From contig OX597821.1 in the NCBI GenBank assembly GCA_951406725.2, positions 46,624,001-46,688,000 of the forward strand: a stretch of 64,000 nucleotides of DNA, read 5' to 3'. Below, in pieces: positions 53,571 through 64,000 of the stretch. Both the position numbers and the translations under genes were made by a program. Source of the DNA: Octopus vulgaris. Its lineage: Eukaryota. Every line of letters begins with the position of its first letter. Position 1 is the stretch's first letter. A model generated the notes under the pieces. It saw nothing but the letters and a program-made list of their open reading frames with translations, made no database searches and had not been told where the DNA came from.

Positions 53571-53820
53571 TTCTTCTTCTTCTTCTTCTTCTTCTTCTTC
53601 TTCTTCTTCTTCTTCTTCTTCTTCTTCTTCTCCTCCTCCTCCTCCTCCTCCTCTCCTCCTCCTCCTCCTCCTCCTCCTCCTCCTTCTCCTCCTTCTCCTT
53701 CTTCTTCTTCTTCTTCTTCTTCTTATTGTTATTGTTATTATTGTTGTTGTTATTATTATTATTGTTGTTGTTGTTGTTGTCGTTGTCGTCGTCGTCATTA
53801 TTATATAATAATAATAATAT
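53571..53820. repeat. Compound trinucleotide microsatellite (TTC)(CTC)(TTC)(TTA/TTG)(GTC)(AAT)
   Basis: Direct reading. Confidence 0.95.
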
Positions 53821-54964
53821 AAATTTTCTACTGTGATTCTAGGTCTTACAGTTTCAAGGAAGAAAAGCAGTCGACGAAATCGTTGCTATTACAGGAAAAG
53901 TTCTTATTTTATCTTGGCAAGGTTTCATCTCACAAGGTAGAATAAATGTGATATTTTTACGCTCTCATACAAAAATGCTCCAATAATAATAAAAAAAAAA
54001 AATGCTCGAATACCCACAATATTTAGCAACTGGTGTCTACTACACAAAATTGTTACAAGATTAGTTTGGATGAAGTACCTGTAACTCTTAGCAAGAACAG
54101 AACATTTCAGAATTATTTACGATAACGTCGTTATTAGGCTAAAATGAGGTTTTCATTGGGCTACTAAATAAAGTCATATGGTAACGCAAGCTTCTCATTT
54201 GCAAACGATTGACCACAAAGTTTGTTGCTAACTATGAAAAATCTCTCCAGTAAGTCAGATCAGACTGTAACTGCAAAAGCATTACGACAGACATATACAG
54301 AGAAAACATTAATTTCATTCAGTATTGAAATCTCCTCTGCCTCTATTGTTGAAAACAAAGACACAATCTTAATTTCAGCCATAAATCGAACTCTTCTGTT
54401 GAAATGCTACACGTGTGTAGCCTCGCCTTGCCAATGATTTTATTTCCCATGCAGTTTTCAGCTGTATGAATTTTATCAAGCGGGAGAAACAGTGACGCTC
54501 TTCAAAGATTTGCAGATCCTCATTCTACGCGACATTTGCATGACTATTTTCTTCGTAAGGAAAAAGAATAATACTTAATCATTGATTTAGCCTCTCGCAG
54601 AAATTCCCTAAATGCGCTTCGTTGGCTCAGATAGTCTAGAAAATATTTAGTCTGAATCAACTGTACTTTTCTTAAGGTTGCCGCCTAACACTTTAAGGCT
54701 GTAATATGGAATGGCATCAGTAGAATTTACTCTACCAGTGAAAGAGATATCACGAACTATATTTGAAGTTAAAAGACCACCTACAAGACCAAATACGTTT
54801 CCTGACATTGCTGCTCACTCGTATTCTTGGGAGTCATCTTTTGAGAAAATATTTCTCTGCAGATGTAGAATTCAGTTCCTTCCAACCAAATTTGGACTCT
54901 AGCTGTCCGACCCGATATAATCTTTTCTTTCCAGATTTTTTCTTCTTTATTTTCAGATATTAAA

Positions 54965-55248
54965 CCTGCAGTTCGGGCTGTGTATTGTGTTCTTGGGCAA
55001 AACACTGTATTTCACGTTTATCTTGTTTATTCAGCTGTAGAAATGAGTTGCGAAATCACTGGTGCCAAGCTATAGCGGCCTTTGCCTTTCCTTTGGATAA
55101 CATCAGTGGCATGGAGAGGGGAAGCTGGTATTCTTGGAAGACTGCTGGTCTGCCATAAAAAAAATCTGCCAGGACTTGTACCTTGGGAATTTTACAGGTG
55201 CAATCCCATGGTTATTCATGACCGAGGGTGGGGGTTCTTACCATTTAC
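54965..55248 (+). mobile_element. SINE with CORE/Deu-like central domain, degenerate
   Basis: ttgtgttcttgggcaaaacact..ttcagctgtagaaatgagt and 3' ggtgcaatcccatggttattcatgaccgagg. Confidence 0.55.
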
Positions 55249-57711
55249 GACACCTTGTATATTCAAAATCAGCTGATACAATATTTACGCGATCGGAAGT
55301 GAAGAATGTACTGAAAGAAGAAATTTTTGAGCCAAGTGTCTCGCCTTGCCATGCACAAGTACATGTCATAAACGGTAACAGCAGGAGTTAACTATCATCA
55401 TAAGCTTTTGTAAATCAACTTAGACGCTTACCTACTGCCCAGCATAGACGACTTATTAATAAAATCCTTTACAATTTATTTAGAATTCCTGACTTCTATA
55501 GTACGTACAATTGTGTTGTTTTGTGTTGTGCTCCGATTATAAGGTATTTATTCTTTGCGATGCAGGTAGACAAATGTATTAGTTCAACATTTCACATTCA
55601 GTTTTAATAATGATGCTCTAGCAAAACGAGAAACAGCCTCACAAAAATTATGTAAATTCTTAAAGGTTTTCGTAAATATATGTCACTGAATAATGGTAAC
55701 CGTAAAGTCTCAACTGAATTTGTTAGCCTTCAAGTTAATCAAATTAACAACAGACAGCGCATATAACTCCTTTTAAAGAACTTCGTATTCTTATTAATAA
55801 AGAATCCTTAACTCATTATGGCTCTGTTTGTTCTCATAAAAAAGTAAACCCCATATCAGTTTTCACCTTCAGAGGAGGTTATAATATTAATTAATGATTT
55901 GAAAACAAATTTTAGTATCGAAAGGGACGCCTCTCGGTTATGATTCCCTCTAAGCTATACGTGTATTGGCATGCACACGTTTTACAGTTAGCATACAATA
56001 CAAATTAAGGTGACCGCAAGCAATTAATCTGTGCATAATTGGATAGTTACCTAAATTAGTATAATGATAATTGTACTTAGTGTACACATACTTTTGTAAA
56101 AAGAAAAGCAAAAAAACCCCAACAAAAACAAAAAAAGAAACTGCAGAATATAAAATTTCTGTGCAAATTTACCCCACTCCTAAAACCTTGGAAGGAACAA
56201 AGAGCCACCAAAATAATGAGGAGCAAAGAGTCCTAGAGTGCCGATTGATGAAGAATTTAAGTAACTGCAGAGTATTCAAGGATTGGAGGGAATTAACCAT
56301 ACTCCCTCTGATTCTCCAGTTTTATGTAAGATATAAAACATCTACAGGCATAAAAGCGTGACGGAGGGAGAGAAACATTCTCACACAGTAAATTATATCA
56401 GTGCAATGAAGGACAAATAGAAAACGAGCTGTATAAAGAACAAAAGAAAATGTTTCAGGAAATTACAATGAACATATGCTAGGATATTCAGTTTGTATAC
56501 GCAGAGTGATAAGTCTAACTTGTCGGATATTGTTATCGACAACTGCAAGAAAACGAAGTGTCATCCCCAACAAATGATAATGTATCTCCATTATAAATAT
56601 AAAGATCATGAAATAAAATTAACCACAAACTTGAGGAGCGGAAAAAAGCGGCGCCTTTAATAAGTGTCTTGAGAACAATTGAAGAAAAACTTGATAAGTA
56701 GATCACCAATAACCGAGAATCTGGAAATATACATAACTAACTGTAAACAGCTTCGCTAGACATTACATACATTTTCCTTAACATTTTTAAACAGTGCAAA
56801 ATACAGAAATAAAACAGAACACTAAACATACCCAAACCAACAGAGTTGCACTCAGCTGGGCAACGAAAGCATTTAATGAAGATAAGACAACCGAAAATGT
56901 CGATAAATAACAACGAGGAAAACGGAAAACATGTTGAAGGGTTTTGTATAATTAGTACATTGTTTTTGTGATCAATTACCGTCAATGAGCCACCAATAAC
57001 ACGCATTAATAGAGTACAAGTTAAATCAGCATTCGCCCCAAATCCCCAAATGTTGAACTGCACGAATGAAAGCCATATCATTTGTTTCTAAGTTAAAAGG
57101 GAAAAGCTCAACCAAATAAGATAATAAACTGGTAAAAAAATATAGATAAATTCCAATCATTGTTTTTCGGTTGATGCAAATAAAAGAAAATTAGTTTAAA
57201 GAATACACTCACATTTCCGAATGGGATTACCGGAAATTACACGTAATAACTAGCGAGAAAATAAACTGGATCAAAAAGCAACTTAGACCGCAATAAAATA
57301 ATTTAAGAAGATACATTCTCAAAGCCAAAAATATATCAGACACAAAATAGCTTAAGCAAAAATGCAAAGAATTAGAATAAAAACATTAAGGTAATATACA
57401 GTGAGAACATAAATCGTGGAAATATAACTAACAATGTAAAGCAAACAAAATATACTCTAAAACTACTTATAGAATACCGATCAATGAAACAAAAACTAGA
57501 ACCATACAAACGAACATATGAATATATCTGAATATCAAAAATATTTGAGAATAGAAGATTCTTTGGGTGTAAATTTTTAATATGATAATATATTAAAAGT
57601 AGAACATTTAAAATTTTCAAATTTGTGATAGACCTTCGTCTCGAAAAACAAATGAGTTTACCACGATATTGTCAATAAGATGGCCAGAATTATTTGTGCG
57701 TGTGTGTGTGT

Positions 57712-57743
<32 letters not shown>

Positions 57744-57819
57744 CTGCAAACTTGGTGTTCACAATCTTGTTAGAAATGGATGTGAACATCAGTAGTTTCA
57801 GAATGTGTTGATTTATACA

Positions 57820-58022
57820 TATTTCTTTATTACCCACAAGGGGCTAAACATAGAGGGGACAAACAAGGACAGACATAGGTATTAAGTCGATTACATCAAC
57901 CCCAGTGCGTAACTGGTACTTAATTTATCGACCCCGAAAGGATGAAAGGCAAAGTCGACCTCGGCGGGATTTGAACTCAGAACGTAACGGCAGACGAAAT
58001 ACCACAAAGCATCTCGCCCGGC
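57820..58022 (-). mobile_element. SINE family B, young copy
   Basis: Near-identical to the reverse complement of 62177-62335 and to the 33.8-34.2 kb units. Confidence 0.9.
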
Positions 58023-60790
58023 AGTGGTTACAAAGGAAAGGTGGGTACTCCCTCGAAACTACTCAAAGAAGAACGCTTAAACTGAGGTAAACAACGAAGA
58101 AAACAAACATACAGATAAATATATAAAGAAAAAGAATCTTTCATTCAATAAGGGAAATGCAGGAATAAAATCAACTGACAAATACTATAAAACTATAACA
58201 AAAAATAAAGGATGCATAACTTGCAAAGATTTTAAAGAGTGAAAAGCCATAATGATTGCTTCACCGAAACATGCAGTTCCACTTTACCATAAATTGTTAA
58301 TCAAGCACTGAATAGAAATAAGAAATCAACATAATATTCAAAAGAATTCTTGGGAGGTCTATTGACAACGAAAGGATCACGACGGACATAAATGTTGAAA
58401 GCAAGAAAAATGGTACCTTCACAATCGTGGAGAGCAATAACAACACAAGAGTTCAGAGCTACACAGAACGAGTACGTAAAAAAAAACGCTAGGAAATAAT
58501 CTTGGAATCAAGACTTAAAACATTAGCCTTATTGTAATGTTACTAACTTTCCCTATCAGAGAGAGGCTCGTAAGAATTTCTTAAATTTGATGACGTTACG
58601 CTAATTCTTTCAGTATGAGTTTATTGTAAGTAATATTGCTATCAGATCTGGTAATTATTGCCAAGAAGCAAAACTAGTTGTTTTGTACAGATACAAAACA
58701 AAAAGCTTGGGATAGATGTTAAGTTATCAGTGATCATCTCTGAATCCAAAACTTTGCTTATCCATTCGGTCATTTAGATTACTTTTATTAGAATACTGCG
58801 GTTCTCCTTATGCTACCATTCAGAACAGTATCATGTCATAACTCAATATCAAACAATCAATTTTGACAGACTCTTATTGTTATCATATTCTAAATATTCT
58901 TTATAACGTTACTGACTTTAACAACGGCCAACATATAATCATAATTATACGATCACAACAACGGAAATTATAGAAGTGTTAGTTCAGTTCAGACACTTTG
59001 CCAGTTATCTTTGAAGGAATTAGGTTCAATATTCATTTGTCTTAAAATGGTGGAGAGTAGGCACAGACAAACTTGGATATTTCATAGTATTTTGTTTCGT
59101 TTCGTTTCAAATACAGTTGCGGGCTCGACTTTGACTATCTTTTCTGCAATGTCAGTAAAATGAATATTATTCATATCTTATAGTCAATTTAATTGAACAT
59201 CTTTCATTACAAATGTTGGGTTTATGTTTCTAATCAAAAGAAATCTGTATTTAGAGATAAAATGTTACTCAAGTATTGAGCATGGTGTAACTCGTGAAAC
59301 GATTTACCATAAATCGCTATCATATGTACTAATAAAGCGAGTAATATGATCTTGCATAATCAACAAATTCCTTAACTAATAAATCTAATTCCTTTTTGAT
59401 ATCATTGAGCTCTCAAACATTGCGCATATTCATATAATATTACATTATGATATTAGTTGTCTCATAGTAATACGTGTCATATTCTTTCTTTCGTCATGCT
59501 TGACTATAAATCTGGCTAACCACACAAGTCGTTTCTATTAATATAAAATAAAATAACAGTTGTAAGGTGTTGTGTAAACATTCTTCGATATTATTCCGTC
59601 ATTGATTTTCTACAAACTCATTAAATTCCATTCTTACAACATGAAGTGGCGTACAGCAGACTTATATTTATGCCTTTCTTCAGGGCAGTAGTGATGTCAG
59701 TTAAGTGAATTGGCACCAAAATGGAAACTTGCTTATGTCTGTATGCCATACACTCACATACACTCACACACACTCACACACGTACACTCGCGCGGGCACA
59801 CATCCTGTCACGTTGCGCGCGCACACACACAGACACACACACAAAGGCACACACTAGTGCGCGCACACACACATATAGAGGAAAGGAATGTATGCTAATG
59901 TTAGAGTGAAAAATATTTTCTTCTTCTCGAACTACTTTAACTGTTCTTTAGTTGCTTCCAGTGACAGCTCCAGGACATGTAACTCATAATATCTATCTTC
60001 TTTATTATCCTAAAAATACAGAACTCGATGACAAGCACCTCTTGACAAAGAAAGTTAAACAGCTGCCTGGACTTAACAGTGAATATACTATATTGCTGTT
60101 ACTGCATTTGAACTTACGTCCCCAAAGGTTTGAGGTCAACAATAATAGCAACTCTATGATGTGTGTGGCATCCAAGTCTTATTTTAGAGTCTTTTTTCAT
60201 CATTAGGAAGGAAGAAGGTATACTAACTAAACATTCGATCGATGTATCTGATTGTATGATAATCACTTGTCACTCACTCAAGACTCTTTCTCTGAGTTTT
60301 AGAAATACTCTCAAAAATCCAGTCGTGACTCTTTCTAAACAGGATTAATATGTAAGTGGACAGCTGCTCGTGCCTGAACAAGGATTATCTTAAGGAAATA
60401 ACACCGGGCACGCTCCATCAAAACACGTTTCAATCTAAGTTGACAACTAAAGAATAAATGAATAAATAAGTGAAAAATAAAGAGTAAAAATGCAAATATA
60501 TAGAGAAAAGGGCGGGACAAAACAAAATATTGTCTCTTACAAAATTGAACAATCAAATGAAATTAACTTAGAATTTGTTACGAAGTAAAGCAAAAATCTC
60601 TTCTCACTTCAGTTTCACACAGCATTTAATCCACAAAAGCATCGAGGATTAACACCCTAGATCGCTGTCCATTTCCCCCAAGTCTATGATCCGTGCAATT
60701 TCCCTTCACTTTCTAACAGAAGAGAAAATACAGTTTGGAAGTAAGGGTAGGAGGATGCAGCAGCAGAAACAGCAGCAGCAACAGCAGCAA

Positions 60791-60824
<34 letters not shown>

Positions 60825-61399
60825 GCTGTTAGGGGCATGAAAATAGCGTCAAACAGGCATACAATGCAGTTATGACGGCAATAGTTGCAGCGACATATTT
60901 AAATAGACTCATTATGCGTGCATATTAGGCTAAAAAGGAAGAGTAGGAAAGACGATAAGAAGTTAGACAAAATATTAGGGCTATAGGGTAATGCTTCACA
61001 GTTAAGTTTATTAACGATGTGCAAGGAGTGTCTGGAGTAAAGCGGAAGTTAAATTAATGCTCACCATCATTGTTAAATATTGCACACTTTTATAATAAGC
61101 CAATATCCAAAGTGGAATTTATAATCCCCATGCCTTTTTGTATTTAGTTTTGAACTCCCACATCATGTATTCTAGTCCCACTAGGGATGACTGTATTCAT
61201 TCACTTAGTCTCCATTGAATATCTACTAATGTTCTACTCAGCTCAATTAAACCGAATGCATATCCCATCATACTCATATTAGATTTGTGCCGAAAGATTC
61301 AATGAAAATTTTGAAGGCGCTTTAAAACCAATCATCTGAGAGGAATCGCATTTAATAATTTAGCATGCTGTTTAATTAAAATCTGAAAGAATTAATTAA

Positions 61400-61640
61400 T
61401 ATTAATCCTTTAGGTACGCTAATTAATACTTAAACATATCATCCTTTACGTACGCTGTTTCATGTTTGAAACATATCACTTTGTCTACGCTAAATGATGA
61501 TTTAACATGTCACCCCGGCTGATTTAGGTACGATAATTAATGTTTTATAATGTGACACTGGTCGCTTTAGGACCGTTAATTGGGCATGCCATTCTGCTCA
61601 TTTTATGTACGCTGATTAATATTTGAGCATGTCATCCTGA
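61400..61640. repeat. Degenerate ~36-45-bp minisatellite
   Basis: Recurrent ttta(g/c/t)gtacgct..ttaat..ttt.a.cat(a/g)tca units. Confidence 0.6.
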
Positions 61641-61817
61641 TGCATATAATCGTATTAATGATTTAAAATTCATTTTGTTTTCTACAGTTTAAAAATAGCA
61701 TGATAATCGAAATTGCTTATTTGTGACTTTTATCTCTCGATATACTTCCGACATAATAAATAATCGTAAGACTACGGGTTACATAACTCCAGTTGTAAAA
61801 GTGTGCATCACAAAATG

Positions 61818-62778
61818 CTCTTTTGAAAGCCAAAACATACTTCAATCTCCAACAATTACCATGAGCCTTCAAAGCTGTAGTGTATTCCAAAACAGAATAC
61901 TGCTCTCACATTTGGGATGTTTTTGTTGTTATACATATCCCAGACAGCATTATATCTCACACTTATAATGAATAATAATCATATGCATCACGACAACTTT
62001 AAAAAATAGTATTTTAGTAAAAAAACAAAATGATGCAATTGTGTCACCTGACAGTGCACGTGAGTGAATGTGTGTGTGTGTGTGTGTGTGCGTAGTGCCA
62101 GTAGCTGCCTTGTTTTACGCATCAATCTCCAGCGAACTCTGTTGTTGTTGAAGCAAACGACAAGATGACGGTATGTGAGTTCAAATTCCGCCGAGGTCGA
62201 CTTTGCCTTTCATCCTTTCGGGGTCGATAAATTAAGTACCGGTTACGCACTGGGGTCGATGTAATCGACTTAATACCTATGTCTGTCCTTGTTTGTGCCC
62301 TCTGTGTTTAGCCCCTTGTGGGTAATAAAGAAATAGGTATGTTACGTAATATGTGAGGTCACCTGGCTATTAGCTTGAAAACAGATACCAAAATTGTTGC
62401 ACTGTATCAGCTGGTTGATGTTCTGTTTTCATGTTTTCGTCATTTGTGCAGGGTGGCTTACAATGGTATATTCCCCAGTCAAATTGCACCTTTTAAACAA
62501 TCGCGGTAATAGCCTTGTCCAAGTTGGTCATGCATAGAGAGTAAACTCACCCCAACAATTCCTCAAGAACATTGTGCTCCAAAAGTGACGTAACTATAAT
62601 TGGATGGCTCATAAAAGAGCCAGCTGTTAAGTGAGTGTGAGACATAATGCTGTTTGGGATATCTGTAACAGCAAACACATCCCAAATGTGAGAGCAGTAT
62701 TCTCTTGTGGAATACACTAGAGCTTTGAAGACTCGTGGTAATTGTTGGAGATTGATGTATTTTTTTCTTCAAAAAAGC
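61818..62778. repeat. Inverted pair of LINE fragments (61818-61963 + / 62633-62778 -)
   Basis: About 105/117 identity in the core by manual count. Each encodes EYCSHIWD, a Jockey/CR1-like post-RT motif. Confidence 0.9.
62177..62335 (+). mobile_element. 5'-truncated SINE family B with 7-bp TSD
   Basis: GGTATGT at 62170-62176 and 62336-62342. Confidence 0.9.
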
Positions 62779-62892
62779 AACAACATTACGACCAGAAGAG
62801 ACAGCGAAGAATCTCTCTTCTAATCTTGCTTTTAACAGGTAGAATATGTGAAGAAATAGCAGCCGTAACTGCTTCAAATTCTTTAATATTTT

Positions 62893-62931
62893 ACTACTAT
62901 TACCATTACCACCACCACCACCACCACCACC

Positions 62932-63000
<69 letters not shown>

Positions 63001-63030
63001 GCTACTGCTACTGCTGCTGCTACAACTACT
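62893..63030. repeat. Compound (ACC)n(ACT)n(GCT)n microsatellite
   Basis: Direct reading; a similar (ACC)n(ACT)n tract lies at 63550-63757. Confidence 0.95.
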
Positions 63031-63257
63031 AACTATTACTGTCACTGTCAGCAAGGTGGGGGTCTATAAATGCTCATCCGCCCAACTAGAAATAGTTGCA
63101 AAGTACCCTTCATATTGTATGTTTCGCAGTATCACTTTAAATAAATTGTATAGCTTAGTCGCTGTAGAACTCAGATAATACAAAAAACTCGGAATGATCA
63201 CCGCTGGACCATCTTTGATCATGTATTGACGATTAGTGATGATCTAAGTCTAAATAA

Positions 63258-63472
63258 GGGTTTCTAATTTTGGCACAAGGCCAGCAAGTTGAGGGAGATG
63301 GTGTGTCGATTACATCATCCCCCAACATTCAACTGGTATTTATTTTATCGACCACAAAAGGAAGAAAGGAAAAGTCGACCAAGGCGTAATTTGAACTCAG
63401 AAAGTAAAGACGAACGAAATGCTGCTAGCGTTTTGCCTGGCGTGCTATCGATTCTGCCAGCTCGTCGCCCTT
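63258..63472 (-). mobile_element. SINE family B, older full-length copy
   Basis: ttttggcacaaggccagc...gtcgattacatc...aagtcgacc..aatttgaactcaga...attctgccagctcgtcgcc. Confidence 0.8.
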
Positions 63473-63664
63473 ATCTAGGCCTAAATAATGACAACAAACT
63501 AATAAACACGTCCATCATCACGGCGACGGGCACCACAACTCCTCTAAGTGACTACTACAACCACTACCACTAGTACAATCACCACCACCACCACCACCAC
63601 CTCCAACATCACCACCACCACCACCACCACCACCACCAAAACCACCACCACCACCAAAACCACC

Positions 63665-63756
<92 letters not shown>

Positions 63757-64000
63757 CTGTTAAAAAATAACCTTTTTTGTCCCTAAGTTCCTTTTTTTGT
63801 CTTACATTTTATTCAGTTCAACTCGTGACATTTCACCTGTTTTCCTGTGAATCCTCTTCAGTTCCCACGGTATTCAGTTGTACTGACTTGTTTAGTTGTT
63901 GGTCATTATTTACACAAACTAACCGGACACACATACGCGCACACACTTACACACATTTTCGCGCCTGCATGCACGCACACACACACACACACACACACAC

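Noticed and set aside
56380-57620. A-rich stretch resembling an ancient LINE ORF
   Set aside because: Only compositional resemblance; no reliable RT motif.

Overview
AT-rich eukaryotic (animal) genomic DNA, dense in microsatellites and decayed transposable elements. The repeat repertoire resembles octopus/cephalopod genomes; this is pattern recognition, not a database match. I found no intact protein-coding gene or convincing host exon, so the window is probably a large intron or intergenic region. Most ORFs in the supplied track are microsatellite artefacts or TE fragments. Supported contents: R4/Dong-clade non-LTR retrotransposons (one near full-length at 48.3-51.7 kb plus four fragments, mostly abutting (AAT)n); CR1/L2-group, Jockey/CR1-like and L1-Tx1 LINE relics; several Penelope-like relics; two mariners, a Tc1 and a DD37D transposon; at least three tRNA-derived SINE families; and a full-length U6 snRNA retrocopy. 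Most interesting: (1) the U6 copy fused to a SINE and lying inside a Penelope ORF, (2) a SINE that appears to insert repeatedly into its own head at a GGTAT site, (3) a 3' tail shared between a LINE and a SINE, (4) a non-autonomous repeat related to the Dong 5' region, and (5) several local inverted and direct duplications. No CRISPR array or prokaryotic system is present. All alignments were done by eye, and the boundaries of degenerate relics are approximate.
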